Positions 11,043 through 21,008 of a stretch of 64,000 bases of DNA are shown here, in pieces (the stretch's first letter is position 1; each line of letters begins with the position of its first letter). A program made the position numbers and the translations under genes. A model generated the notes under the pieces. It saw nothing but the letters and a program-made list of their open reading frames with translations. It did not search any database and was not told the origin of the DNA. Source of the DNA: Halorarum halobium. Its GTDB lineage: Archaea; Halobacteriota; Halobacteria; Halobacteriales; Haloferacaceae. The stretch covers positions 1 through 64,000 of the forward strand of contig NZ_CP134949.1 in NCBI RefSeq assembly GCF_032116555.1. Direction: 5' to 3'.

Positions 11043-11258
11043 GGCGCGTGCCGGCGGGCCTCCGTTCACGCGAGCGAGCCTGCGAGCGAGGGTGATCTCA
11101 CGAGACCACAGGTCTCGGGGAGTGCCCGCCGGGTGCGCGCGAGGGATGAGCGAGTGAAACGAGCGAATCGGCTGGGAGGCGTGTGGCTGTGCGGGGCGGC
11201 GCAGTGGGTGGGACTGAAAGGGGCCGCACCGAGCCGACAGGTGCGGGGGCTTTCGAGG
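11043..11258 (+). repeat. Modular structured intergenic element, family A, copy 2
   Basis: GGCGCG...CGCGCGAGGGATGAGC...GGCTGGGAGG...GGGTGGGACTGAAAGGGGCCGC...GCGGGGGCTTTCGAGG. Back-to-back with copy 1. Confidence 0.85.
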
Positions 11259-11407
11259 CGTTCGATGCGACAACTGAGTCGACACGCATACCAACTGAGT
11301 CGACACACGATCCGAGAACGACCCGCACTACTGAGCAGCCAAACCGACCGCCTCGAATCGCCAGCGGACGCACAAGACATATCGGCCCGTCGCACCACCA
11401 CCCGAAC

Positions 11408-11836
11408 ATGAGTTCGACCGCCGAGGGCGTCGAGGTGGACTTCGGCGACGACGGGCTGGTCCCCGCCGTGGCCCAGGACGCGGACACCGGCGAGGTGCTG
11501 ATGCTCGCCTACGTGGACGAGGAGGCGCTGGCCCGCACGCACGAGACGGGCCGGGCCCACTACCACTCCCGCTCGCGCGACGAGTTGTGGGAGAAGGGAG
11601 CCAGCAGCGGGCACACCCAGGAGGTCCGGGAGGTCCGGGTCGACTGCGACGCCGACACCCTCCTCTATCTCGTCGACCAGACCGGCGGGGCGTGCCACAC
11701 CGGCTACCGCTCCTGTTTCCACCGCACCGTCGACGGCGTCTCCGTGAGCGACGAGAACGGAGGCTCGTCGACCGTAACGGTCGACGTAGACGTCGACGGC
11801 GAACGCGTCTTCGACCCCGAGGATGTCTACGAGTGA
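11408..11836 (+). CDS. hisI: Phosphoribosyl-AMP cyclohydrolase
   Basis: [46 protein letters not shown]. Confidence 0.97.
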   Translation: MSSTAEGVEVDFGDDGLVPAVAQDADTGEVLMLAYVDEEALARTHETGRAHYHSRSRDELWEKGASSGHTQEVREVRVDCDADTLLYLVDQTGGACHTGYRSCFHRTVDGVSVSDENGGSSTVTVDVDVDGERVFDPEDVYE

Positions 11837-12995
11837 GACCGCCGCCGGCGACGGCGACGCGGGCGACGCCGAGCGGGCGCTCCGTCGGGCCCGTCGCCGA
11901 CTGCGCGACGCGGAGTCGGCCGTCGCGGAGTACGGCGAGTCCGACCTCGAACGGGTACGGGACGCGCTCGGGACCGCCGAGGGGCTGCTCGACCGGTACG
12001 AGGGCTCCGCGACCGGGACCGGCGACTTCCAGGCGTACGTCGAGTTCCAGGGCGAGTTCGCCGACCTCGTGGAGGGGCTCCCCGACGACCTCCCGGCCCG
12101 CGACGCGTTCGAGGCGGCCAACGACGTCGTCGACCAGCGCCGCCTCTCCGAGTCCGACTTCGCCGGCGCCCGCGAGCGGCTCGCCCCGGCACGCGAACTC
12201 GCCGAACTACTTTCCGACCGCGAGGCGGCCCGGAGCGCGCTCCGCGAGGCCGAACGCGACGCGCAGGCGCGGGTCGCCGACCTCGACGAGCGGGTCGACC
12301 ACCACGAGCGCGTCCTCGACCTCGGCGAGGCGCTGACCGGCGAGGACGCCGACGCGGCGTTCCAGGAGCGGGTCGCCGACCTCCGCGGGACGGTCGAGTC
12401 GTACGACGGGGCGGTGACGGACGCCTTCCGCGAGTACCGCCGGACGGCGAGCGCCCGCGAGTTCCTCGGCTTCGTCGCCGACACCGCGGCGTACCCGCTG
12501 GTCGCGTTCGAGACGCCGCCCGACGAACTGCTCTCGTACGTCGAGTCCCACGCGGTCGGCGAGGAGCCGCTCCCCGACCTGCTGGAGTTCGCCGACTACT
12601 CGACGTCGAAGCTCGGTCACTACGTCGAGAACCCCGGCACCTTCCGGACCCGGGTCCCCGTCCACAGGACGTATCTCGACCGGCTCTCGGCGGACCCCCT
12701 GCTCGTGGACTGGCCCGCCCCGCCGGCCGGCGAACTCGACGCGCTCGCGGGCGAACTCGTCTCGGTCGTCGCCAAGTTCGCCGACGAGGACGTCGTCGCG
12801 TCGGCCCGCGAACTGCGGCGCGCGGCCGCGGCCGACGACTACGACCGACTCCGCCGCGTCGCCCTCGCGGAGTCGGAGCTCACCGACGAGGAGCGACGGA
12901 AGCTCGAAGCGGGCGAGATCGAGGCGGAACTGGACGCCGCCCGCGAGGAGCGCCGACGGCTCCGCGACGCGCTGGCGGAGACGGACGATACCTGA
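11823..12995 (+). CDS. Conserved acidic coiled-coil hypothetical protein
   Basis: Long acidic helical ORF overlapping the hisI end, strong haloarchaeal codon bias. Confidence 0.75.
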   Translation: MSTSETAAGDGDAGDAERALRRARRRLRDAESAVAEYGESDLERVRDALGTAEGLLDRYEGSATGTGDFQAYVEFQGEFADLVEGLPDDLPARDAFEAANDVVDQRRLSESDFAGARERLAPARELAELLSDREAARSALREAERDAQARVADLDERVDHHERVLDLGEALTGEDADAAFQERVADLRGTVESYDGAVTDAFREYRRTASAREFLGFVADTAAYPLVAFETPPDELLSYVESHAVGEEPLPDLLEFADYSTSKLGHYVENPGTFRTRVPVHRTYLDRLSADPLLVDWPAPPAGELDALAGELVSVVAKFADEDVVASARELRRAAAADDYDRLRRVALAESELTDEERRKLEAGEIEAELDAAREERRRLRDALAETDDT

Positions 12996-13028
12996 CGATT
13001 CCCGGCCCGGTCGGCCGGCTCCGGCCCC

Positions 13029-13580
13029 TCACAGCGACTTCTCGTACATCACGGTCGGGTACGCCTCGCCGGCGACCTCGAAGGTCGCCTCGCCCCGGAC
13101 CGTGAACCCGCGCGAGTCGTAGAAGCCGCGGGCGGCGTCGTTGTCGCGGAACGCTTCGAGGACCAGCGCCTCGGCATCGTCCGGAATCCGATCTACCCCC
13201 GCCTCGAGCAGCCGGCTGCCGATCCCCTCGCCCTGCCGGTCGGGGGCGACGTAGACGGCCCGCAGTCCGACCTCGTCGTCGCCGACGAACTGCTTGGTGA
13301 GCGCGGCGTCCAGGACGAACTGGGCGAAGCCGGCGACCCCGAGGGCGTCGGCGTCCCGGGCCGCCGAGCCGTCGTCGGCGCCGCCGACGGCGACGAGGAA
13401 CGTCTGACCCTCCCGCCGCGCGTCGTCGTAGCGCTCGCGGAGTTCCCGCCCCTCCGGGACGGTGAACCCGTCGAGCACCTCGGCCGGCAGGATGTGGCCG
13501 TAGGCGTCGCGCCAGGCGGTGCGGTTGACCGCCATCGCGCCGCGGTACTCCTCGAGCGACGTGACCGGGCGGACCTCCAT
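13029..13580 (-). CDS. GNAT family N-acetyltransferase
   Basis: AVYVAPDRQGEGIGSRLL motif A, N..ARGFY..RGF. Confidence 0.9.
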   Translation of the reverse strand: MEVRPVTSLEEYRGAMAVNRTAWRDAYGHILPAEVLDGFTVPEGRELRERYDDARREGQTFLVAVGGADDGSAARDADALGVAGFAQFVLDAALTKQFVGDDEVGLRAVYVAPDRQGEGIGSRLLEAGVDRIPDDAEALVLEAFRDNDAARGFYDSRGFTVRGEATFEVAGEAYPTVMYEKSL

Positions 13581-13712
13581 GGTCGCGGGTCGCGCCCCGC
13601 CGTGAAAAATCGGGGCGGCGTGACAGATCGGAACGGGATGACGGGTCGGAGCCGAGTGACGGGTCGGGAGCGGGCCGACGGACCGCCCCTGCCGCCCCCG
13701 GCCGCCTCGATC

Positions 13713-14414
13713 TCAGCCGACGTACTGCATCAGGAACCGGGGGATGATGACGAACGCGTAGAGGTCGTTGATCGCGTGGGCGAGGATGCACGCCCCGAGG
13801 TTGCGCCGCCAGACGTACAGCAGCGTCAGGAGGAGCGCGTTGACCCCGATCTGGAGCGTCCCGCCGACGCCCCAGAACGGGAGGTGGACCGCGGTGAACA
13901 CGAGGAACGTGAGGCCCGCGCCGACCCAGACGCTCCCGGTCAGTTCGGCCAGCCGCTCGATCGGGTAGCCGCGGTAGAGCACCTCCTCGGTCACCGCGGC
14001 GGTGAGCGACAGCGCGATCAGGAGGGCGACCGGGAGGCGAGCGAGCGTCTCGATGCCGGAGACCGTGGTTTCGAACCCGAGCGCTGCCAGTAGCGGCGTC
14101 GTGACCACGTAGCTCGCGGCGCCGAGCACGAAGACGAGCACGGCCGCGGCGACGTCGCGCCAGCCGAGCCCACCGAGCCCGATGGAGTCGAGCCCCCGAC
14201 CCTCCCAGTACAGCACGAGGGCGACGAGCAGCCCGGTCACGAACCACTTCACGCCGAGGTCGTTCACGACGAGTTGCCTGAACTCGCCGCCCGGCAGCAC
14301 CGCCGAGCCGAGCGCCTGCAGGACCGAGAGGCCACAGAGCGCGATCACGAGCCCGACGAGGGTTGCGGCGTCGGTATCGATCGATTCGAGGCTGAACGTC
14401 GACTGTTCTGCCAT
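13713..14414 (-). CDS. CPBP (CAAX/Abi) family intramembrane metalloprotease
   Basis: EEVLYRG, FTAVH, HAIND motifs. Confidence 0.9.
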   Translation of the reverse strand: MAEQSTFSLESIDTDAATLVGLVIALCGLSVLQALGSAVLPGGEFRQLVVNDLGVKWFVTGLLVALVLYWEGRGLDSIGLGGLGWRDVAAAVLVFVLGAASYVVTTPLLAALGFETTVSGIETLARLPVALLIALSLTAAVTEEVLYRGYPIERLAELTGSVWVGAGLTFLVFTAVHLPFWGVGGTLQIGVNALLLTLLYVWRRNLGACILAHAINDLYAFVIIPRFLMQYVG

Positions 14415-14543
14415 ACGCGCTCGTCGCCCGGCGACGACATCGACCCTCGGGCCGGACTGTCGAACCGACAGGTCGTGAGAAGGTTTATTGCGGGCCGTCC
14501 GCCGGAAGCGCCCGGTACGGCCGATACTGCCCCGAGTTCCGTG

Positions 14544-15905
14544 TTAGCGCGCCGCCTCGAGCGTCCGTCGCACGTCCGCGGCCAGTTCCTCGGCGCGGTC
14601 GGGTTCGCGGCCCTCCGCGTAGATCCGGACCTTCGGCTCCGTGCCCGACGGGCGCACGAGCACCCAGGCGTCGCCGTAGTCGAGGCGGTAGCCGTCGATG
14701 GTGCTCGGCGTGGCGTCGGCGTCCGCGGCGTACGCTTCGGCGGCCGCGAGCATCGCGTCGAGTTCGCGGTCGTCCTCGTAGGCGAGGTTGAGCCGGACGT
14801 TGTGGTAGTCGCCGTACGGCGCGACGACCTCGCTGACCGGCTCGCGGCGCTCGGCGAGCAGTTCGAGGAACTTCGCGCCGATGAACGCGCCGTCCCGGAC
14901 CAGCCGGTACTCCGGGAAGAAGACGCCGCCGTTGCCCTCGCCGGCGACGGGGACCGACTCGCCCGCGTCCCACAGTTCGCGGATGCGGGTGATGATGTTC
15001 GTCGAGCCGATGGGGGTGAGCTCCAGCGTCGCGCCCGCCTCCTCGCAGACGTCGACGAGGCGCTGGGAGACGTTCACGGCCGCGACGGTCGTGTCGCCGA
15101 CCGAGAGCCCCCGGGCCGCCAGCGCCGCGAGCGAGGCGTCGCCCTCGACGTACGCGCCCGTCTCGTCGTAGAAGATGGCGCGGTCCGCGTCGCCGTCGTG
15201 GGCGATGCCGACGTCAGCGTCCGCCGCGCGCACGAGGCGGCCGAGGTCGCCCAGGTTCGCCTCGACGGGTTCGGGCTGGCGGCCGGGGAAGTGGCCGTCC
15301 GCCTGCGCGTTGACCGTGACGACCTCACAGCCGAGTTCGCGGAAGAAGTCGGGGGAGGTGAGCGCCCCCGCGCCGTGGCCGGGGTCGAGCGCGACCGTCA
15401 GGCCGGCGGCCGCGACGGCGTCGCGGTCGACCGCGGCGAGCATGTCGTCGACGTACGCCTCGTTGGCGTGGGTGACCGCGGTCGTCTCGCCGACCTCGTC
15501 CCACGCCGCGTCGTGGAACGAGTCGGCCAAAAGCGCCTCCTCGATGCGTTCGAGCCGGTCGACCGGGAGTTCGATCCCCTCGTCACCGACGAGCTTCACG
15601 CCGTTGTACTCCGGGGGGTTGTGCGAGGCCGTGATGAGCACGCCCGGAACGGCCTCCTCCTCGCAGTAGCGGACCGCCGCCGGCGTGGGCGTGACGCCCA
15701 GCCGCGCCACGTCGACGCCGGCGCTGGCGATCCCCGCGGCGGCCGCGTCCGCGAACATCCCGCCCGTCGTGCGGGTGTCGCGGCCGAGCGCCACCCGGTC
15801 GGCCTCCCAGACGGTCGCGGCGGCCTTCGCCACGCGCAGGACGAACGCGGGGGTGAGCTCCTCGCCCGCGACGCCGCGGGTCCCGCTGGAGCCGAAGATC
15901 TTCAT
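14544..15905 (-). CDS. glmM: Phosphoglucosamine mutase / phosphohexomutase
   Basis: FGSSGTRG, TASHNP active-site Ser, DGDADR metal loop, GEGNGG, RPSGTEPKVR. Confidence 0.9.
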   Translation of the reverse strand: MKIFGSSGTRGVAGEELTPAFVLRVAKAAATVWEADRVALGRDTRTTGGMFADAAAAGIASAGVDVARLGVTPTPAAVRYCEEEAVPGVLITASHNPPEYNGVKLVGDEGIELPVDRLERIEEALLADSFHDAAWDEVGETTAVTHANEAYVDDMLAAVDRDAVAAAGLTVALDPGHGAGALTSPDFFRELGCEVVTVNAQADGHFPGRQPEPVEANLGDLGRLVRAADADVGIAHDGDADRAIFYDETGAYVEGDASLAALAARGLSVGDTTVAAVNVSQRLVDVCEEAGATLELTPIGSTNIITRIRELWDAGESVPVAGEGNGGVFFPEYRLVRDGAFIGAKFLELLAERREPVSEVVAPYGDYHNVRLNLAYEDDRELDAMLAAAEAYAADADATPSTIDGYRLDYGDAWVLVRPSGTEPKVRIYAEGREPDRAEELAADVRRTLEAAR

Positions 15906-15974
15906 TCGTGTCGGCTTCGGCCCGGTGGCGGCATAGTGGTTCCGAACGACGGTCGCCCGGATCGACTCGCGCCG

Positions 15975-16301
15975 TCAGTCGCCGGACGGGTCCGACGGTG
16001 ATCCGACCGTGATCTCGCCGTCGCTCCCGACCATCACGTCGACCCCGGCGTAGGTGAAGGAGACGCGGACGGTCGTCCCGCCGTCGTCCTCGACGCCCGT
16101 GAGGAGGCTGTTCAGGGCGTCGACGTCGATGCACTCCTGTAACAGCGGGACGGCCGTGGGGTCGCGGTCGGTGGCCTCCGCGACGGCCTCGATCAGGCCG
16201 ATGCTCGGCTTACCGCTCCCGTCCCAGACGGCTCGAACTCGGTCGTCCTCCCCCACGATTCCCGATCGTTCCACGTTCGACTCGTTCTCTTTTTCAGTCA
16301 T
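15975..16301 (-). CDS. HalOD1 (halobacterial output domain) protein
   Basis: S..LIEAVA...DP....L...IDVDAL..L...VSFTYAG..V.V..DG.I.V pattern. Confidence 0.8.
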   Translation of the reverse strand: MTEKENESNVERSGIVGEDDRVRAVWDGSGKPSIGLIEAVAEATDRDPTAVPLLQECIDVDALNSLLTGVEDDGGTTVRVSFTYAGVDVMVGSDGEITVGSPSDPSGD

Positions 16302-16740
16302 TCTGGAGGGTCGCTCCGAACGGCGCTGGTCCCCCGGCGATCCCCGCTCCCCGGCAGTCGTCCGCGCTTGGATTCAGCCCGGGGCATGGTACAATATACC
16401 ACGGCCGGGTAAATGTCTTTTGTGGCGGGTCTCGAAACCATTCCCCACGCGATACGGCAAATACCGGGCCGTTTTCGGAGGAATGAAATCCGCGCGTTCG
16501 GCGTTCACGATCCGGTGCCGGTCACCGTTCTGCCCCGTTCGAACCGCCTCAAACTCGTTCGGTCCCCTCGGACTCCCCGGGCTCGTTCCGATCGCCTTCG
16601 GACTCCATCGGACCCGTTTCGGCTCCGGCCGCGCGCGCTCGCCGGGTGGAGCGGCCGGGCTCCCGTCCGGCCGGCAGGGCGACGGCGCGTGAAACCACGG
16701 GACCTAAGACCCAGCACGGAGAGCACCACCAACACCACCG

Positions 16741-17331
16741 ATGCCGCGGTTCGCGTACCCCTGCCCGGGCTGTCGCACCACGAACAGCCTGCACGACGCC
16801 GCCTGCGACCACGAGGGGACCGCCTGGACCCGCGTGGAGAAGGCGTACACCGACCTGCTCGCGGTGCTGGTGCGCGATGCCATCACGGAGGACGCGCTCC
16901 GCCACGCGGTCCACGGCGAGTGGTCGGCGCTCCACAACGCGGCGCTGGACCTGCTCGTCCGCGAGGGTCGGGTCCAGGAGACCGACGCGGGCCTCCGCCT
17001 GCTGACCGCCGAGGAGTACCGCGAGGCGGTCTCCGAGCCGCGGAGCGAGCCGATGGCGACGCTGTACCGACAGGGGAGCTACCCCGGCGCGCACGACAAC
17101 GCCGTGTTCGCCATGATCGCCTGGTACGAGATGGTCGGCCTGTCGTGGGAGGAGACTCGCGAGCACACCGTCGAGTGGCTGGAGGAGTCGGGCACCTGGG
17201 CCCGCGGCGGGTTCGAGGAGGCCTCCCCCGCGGCGCTCGTCGACAAGAAACGTCACGTGTACGAGGCCGGCTACGGCTGGAAGGAGAAGGCCCGCGCGGC
17301 AAAGCGCGTCATCGAGGCCCACCGGGGCTGA
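16741..17331 (+). CDS. Hypothetical protein with N-terminal CPxC..H..C zinc-binding motif
   Basis: YPCPGC...LH..C, central helix-turn-helix/wing-like stretch, helical C-terminal domain. Confidence 0.75.
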   Translation: MPRFAYPCPGCRTTNSLHDAACDHEGTAWTRVEKAYTDLLAVLVRDAITEDALRHAVHGEWSALHNAALDLLVREGRVQETDAGLRLLTAEEYREAVSEPRSEPMATLYRQGSYPGAHDNAVFAMIAWYEMVGLSWEETREHTVEWLEESGTWARGGFEEASPAALVDKKRHVYEAGYGWKEKARAAKRVIEAHRG

Positions 17332-17373
17332 GACTGACACAACCCTAAGTCCGCCGCCGCCGAAGGGGCCGAC

Positions 17374-18693
17374 GTGTCGCTCACGCGCTCGGCCACCGTC
17401 GCCGACGCCGAGCCCTCGCCGCCCGCCGGCTCCCGCCGCGCGGTCGCGGTGGTCGTCGGCGTCGTGTTCCTCGACCTGCTCGGCTTCGGCGTCGTCATCC
17501 CGGTCCTCCCCTTTTACGTGCGCTCGTTCGGCGTCAGCGACGTGTTCATCGGCCTGCTCGCGGCCTCCTACTCGCTCGCGCAGTTCCTCGCCGCGCCGAC
17601 GCTCGGCCGCATCTCCGACCAGTACGGCCGCCGGCCGGTGATCATGGCCTCGGTCGCGACGGCGGCCGTCGCGTGGACCGTGTTCGGCCTCGCCGCGGAG
17701 GTTGGAACGCTCGCGGGCACTGCCGCGGCCGTGGCGACGCTGTTCGTCTCGCGGACGCTCGCGGGGGCGGCCGGCGGCAACATCGCCGCCGCGCAGGCGT
17801 ACGTCGCCGACGTGACGCCCGAGGACCGCCGTGCCGGCGCGCTGGGACTGGTCGGGGCGGCGTTCGCGCTGGGGTTCGTCTTCGGCCCGGCCATCGGCGG
17901 CCTCGCCGCGAGCGACGGCGTCGTCGCGGCGGCGGACGCCGCGCTCCCGGCGTTCGTCCCGACGACGCGGTTCTCGCTGCCGAGCTTCGTCGCGGCCGGC
18001 CTGTCGCTGGTCGCGCTCGTCGCCGCCGCGCTCGTCCTGAAGGAGCCGGACCGGGAGCGCCGTCCGGCCCCGCGGCGGTCGCTGCTCGACTCGTTCCGGG
18101 ACGCGCTGGCGGACGCGACGCTCCGGCCGCTGGTGGTCGCGTTCTTCCTCGCCTCGGTCGCGTTCGCGGGCATCCAGGTGATGTTCATCCCGTTCGCGGC
18201 GGACTTCTACGGCTACGGCGCGACGGAGGCGGCGCTGTTTCTCACGTACATCGGCGTGCTCGGCACGGTGAACCAGGGCGTGCTCGTGGGGAAACTGGAG
18301 CGGCGCTACGGCGCGGCGCCGCTGGCGGTCGCCGGCGGGGTGTCACTCGCAACCGCGCTGGCACTCCTGCCGTTCACGCCGGCGGTCGGGAGCCTGCTCC
18401 CCGCGCCCGCCGGGCCGGCGTGGCTCGACGGCCCGCTCCTGGCGCTGCTCGCGGACGGCGCGCTGCTCTCGTTCGGCAACGGCGCGTTCACGGTGTCGCT
18501 CACGACGCTCGTCTCCCGCGCCGCGAGCGAGGAGACGCAGGGGGCCGCGTTCGGGGTGACGCAGGGCGCCGGGAGCCTCGGTCGGACGGTGGGACCGCCG
18601 GTCGCCGCCGCCGCCTACGTCGCGGCCTACTGGTCGCCGTTCGTCGCCGGCGCCGTGGTGCTCGTACCGGCGCTGTTTCTTCTTCGACGGTGA
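17374..18693 (+). CDS. MFS transporter (TetA/DHA1-like)
   Basis: D.LGFGVVIPVLP, motif A GRISDQYGRRPV, motif C GFVFGPAIGG, about 12 TM helices. Confidence 0.92.
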   Translation: MSLTRSATVADAEPSPPAGSRRAVAVVVGVVFLDLLGFGVVIPVLPFYVRSFGVSDVFIGLLAASYSLAQFLAAPTLGRISDQYGRRPVIMASVATAAVAWTVFGLAAEVGTLAGTAAAVATLFVSRTLAGAAGGNIAAAQAYVADVTPEDRRAGALGLVGAAFALGFVFGPAIGGLAASDGVVAAADAALPAFVPTTRFSLPSFVAAGLSLVALVAAALVLKEPDRERRPAPRRSLLDSFRDALADATLRPLVVAFFLASVAFAGIQVMFIPFAADFYGYGATEAALFLTYIGVLGTVNQGVLVGKLERRYGAAPLAVAGGVSLATALALLPFTPAVGSLLPAPAGPAWLDGPLLALLADGALLSFGNGAFTVSLTTLVSRAASEETQGAAFGVTQGAGSLGRTVGPPVAAAAYVAAYWSPFVAGAVVLVPALFLLRR

Positions 18694-18722
18694 GGGAGTT
18701 GCGATGAGGGATTCAGCCGGGT

Positions 18723-18993
18723 GGCGCGCGTGACGGCGAGCCCCGCAGGGGCGAGCGGACGCGCGCGAGGGACGAGCACCGCAGGCTCGCGAACGCGGTG
18801 AGCGAGCCGAGGAGCACAGGAGGCTGGGGAGGCTGAGGTGCTGTGCGGTGGCGGGGCGGTCTGGGTGGGACTGAAAGGGGCCGCGGCTGTCGGCGAACCC
18901 CGGCGCCTCAAGCACCGCAGGGAGCGAACGAAGTGAGCGACCGAGGAGCACAGAGCGTGCCGCGGGAGCCGACAGCCGCGGGGGCTTTCGAGG
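18723..18993 (+). repeat. Modular structured intergenic element, family A, copy 3
   Basis: All conserved linkers present. 18727-18772 is an exact 46-bp inverted match to 23702-23747. Confidence 0.9.
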
Positions 18994-19108
18994 TGCTCCT
19001 CGCTGAACCCGAACGGGCGACGAGTGCGAAACGTCGAGAATCAAGCCACGCGGCGAATTTCGAGAACAGTCCCCACGAACCTCGACGAACGCCGGAGTCG
19101 AGTGATCC

Positions 19109-19726
19109 CTACAGAAACTCGGCAACCGCATCAGCGACCGAGTCCGGCCCCTCCACGTGAACCCCCCGCCACCCGAACTCCCGCGACGCCGCCACATCAG
19201 CGTCAAAGTCGTCACCGACCATGACGTGCTCGTCGGCCTCCAGCAGCTCCTCGGCCCGCCTGAACACGGCGGAGTCCGGCTTGTGCGCGCCGGCGTCGTA
19301 GCTCGTCAGGATCGCGTCGACGTACTCCGTCAGCCCGTTCGTCCCCAGCTTTCCGCGCTGCCACTCGGCCACGCCGTTCGTGAGGACGCCGACCGAGACG
19401 TCGTCGGTGCCCGACAGTTCGGCGAGCGCGTCGTGGACCGACGCCGGCGTCTCGGCCTCGTCGAACTCGGCGATGCGGAGGGCGTCGACGAAGTACGCCG
19501 GCTCCGCGTCGCCGCCCGCCGCGGCGATGGCGCGCTCGGCGCCGACGCGATACGGGTCGGGCTCGTGGGCCTCGAAGGCCTCGAAGAAGCCCCGGTCGTA
19601 CTCCGACAGGAACTCGTCGGTCGGCTCGATGCCCGCCGCGTCGCAGGCGCGTTCGAGGATGGCCGCGTAGTCGTCGATGTCGAGCAGCGTTCCGTCGAGG
19701 TCGAACCAGACGGCGAGACGGGCCAT
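19109..19726 (-). CDS. HAD-superfamily hydrolase
   Basis: FDLDGTL, LTNG, KPD, MVGD..AD. Confidence 0.92.
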   Translation of the reverse strand: MARLAVWFDLDGTLLDIDDYAAILERACDAAGIEPTDEFLSEYDRGFFEAFEAHEPDPYRVGAERAIAAAGGDAEPAYFVDALRIAEFDEAETPASVHDALAELSGTDDVSVGVLTNGVAEWQRGKLGTNGLTEYVDAILTSYDAGAHKPDSAVFRRAEELLEADEHVMVGDDFDADVAASREFGWRGVHVEGPDSVADAVAEFL

Positions 19727-19783
19727 GCGAACTGGCGGGCCGGCGCGGTGAAAAGGGTGCCGTGAGCGGGGGACGCGGTCGGC

Positions 19784-20527
19784 TCAGTCGCTCTGGATGC
19801 GCGGCGCGAGCATGAACGTCGTGTGGCCCATGCCCTCGGCGAACTCGTAGTGGAGCTTCACCGGGAACTCCTCGCCGAGTTCGATGCGGACCTCCGCGTC
19901 GGCCGGGATGGCCTTGTTCATGTCCTTCAGGTAGTCCAGCGAGAACAGCGAGTCGGCCGGGCCGGCCTGCAGGTCGATGAGGTCCTCGCGGGGAAGCTTC
20001 AGGTCGACGTCGTCGGTGTCGCCCTCGGCCTCGATGATGAACGCCTCGTCGGCCTCGTCGACGCGCAGGCGGATGTGGTCCGACACCATGTCGGCGGCCT
20101 TGATGCCGCGGTCGAGCTGGGCGCCCTCGAGGACGATCTCGGAGGTGAGATCGAGGTCCGGGATGTCCGGCTCCTGGCGGATGGAGTCCGGGTCGATGAG
20201 CGCGAGCGTGTAGCTCAGCCCCTCCATCTCGATGTGGAGCTTCCGGGTCTCCTCGTCGAGTTCCAGGTGGACCAGGTCACCCGAGTTGGCCATGCCGGCG
20301 ATGTCCTCCAGCCGGTTGAGGTTCACGCCGATGACGCCGCCGTCGGCCTCGTAGGACTCGAACGCGGCGGCCTCCAGCGAGAGGTCGACCATGCCGACGC
20401 TCGCGGGATCGACCGCTCGGATCGCGAGTTCGTCCTCGTTCAGCCGGATCTTGCACTCGTCGACCAGCACGCTCACCGAGTCGAGTGCGTCCCGGAGGGT
20501 CGACGCGCTCACGATGGCCTTGAACAT
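19784..20527 (-). CDS. pcn: DNA polymerase sliding clamp (PCNA)
   Basis: MFKAIV...LVDE, AVDPA.VGMV, FSLDYL, C-terminal LAPRI. Confidence 0.98.
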   Translation of the reverse strand: MFKAIVSASTLRDALDSVSVLVDECKIRLNEDELAIRAVDPASVGMVDLSLEAAAFESYEADGGVIGVNLNRLEDIAGMANSGDLVHLELDEETRKLHIEMEGLSYTLALIDPDSIRQEPDIPDLDLTSEIVLEGAQLDRGIKAADMVSDHIRLRVDEADEAFIIEAEGDTDDVDLKLPREDLIDLQAGPADSLFSLDYLKDMNKAIPADAEVRIELGEEFPVKLHYEFAEGMGHTTFMLAPRIQSD

Positions 20528-20712
20528 GTGTGGGCGCTACGGTTGACCCCCTCAAAATACCCGCGGTTCACCGACCCGAGCGAGCCGCCGTGTGCACGGA
20601 ATCGGCCGGGCGAGGCCGTCGATCCGGGAGCGCACGTCCGCGGACCGTTCGTGAAACGCTCTCGCGGTTCGCTCGTAGTTCGGCCGTGGAACGCTCGTAA
20701 TTCGCCCGCAGT

Positions 20713-20886
20713 TCAGTCAGGCCGACCGTCGGTGCCGGCGAGCAGGTAGTACACCGCGAGGAACGGCAACAGCGGCAACAGCAGGAGCGCCACGCCGGCC
20801 CCGACGAGCCACCCGGCGACGCCCATCTGCGGGAGGCGAGCGTACCCCCGGTTCGATCCCAGCGAGTACGGCGAATCGTCAGCCAT
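20713..20886 (-). CDS. Small single-TM membrane protein (57 aa, below the ORF-track cut-off)
   Basis: Manual translation MADDSPYSLGSNRGYARLPQMGVAGWLVGAGVALLLLPLLPFLAVYYLLAGTDGRPD*. Confidence 0.6.
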   Translation of the reverse strand: MADDSPYSLGSNRGYARLPQMGVAGWLVGAGVALLLLPLLPFLAVYYLLAGTDGRPD

Positions 20887-21008
20887 ACGCGATGATTTTC
20901 GACGGGGCGGTTTGAACGCCTCGAAAGCGGTCAGTCGTGAACCGGTCGCGCCCCCCCCCGGGACGCGGAACGAACCGCATAACCGCCTCGGGCCGCAAGG
21001 AACGGCAA

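Noticed and set aside
11271..11306. CAACTGAGTCGACAC direct repeat (21-bp period)
   Set aside because: Only two units, a local tandem duplication in the element tail rather than a mini-CRISPR.
10753..11487. Short ORFs translating the repeats (e.g. ...PRGPFQSHP..., ...WVGLKGAA...), also at 18.7, 23.5 and 48.3 kb
   Set aside because: The recurrent peptides simply reflect the DNA repeat. Frames, starts and lengths are not conserved and composition is not haloarchaeal.
16302..16740. Long intergenic region with ORFs 16054..16692 and 16413..17348
   Set aside because: These ORFs lack haloarchaeal composition. The region looks like divergent promoters and I found no supportable element.
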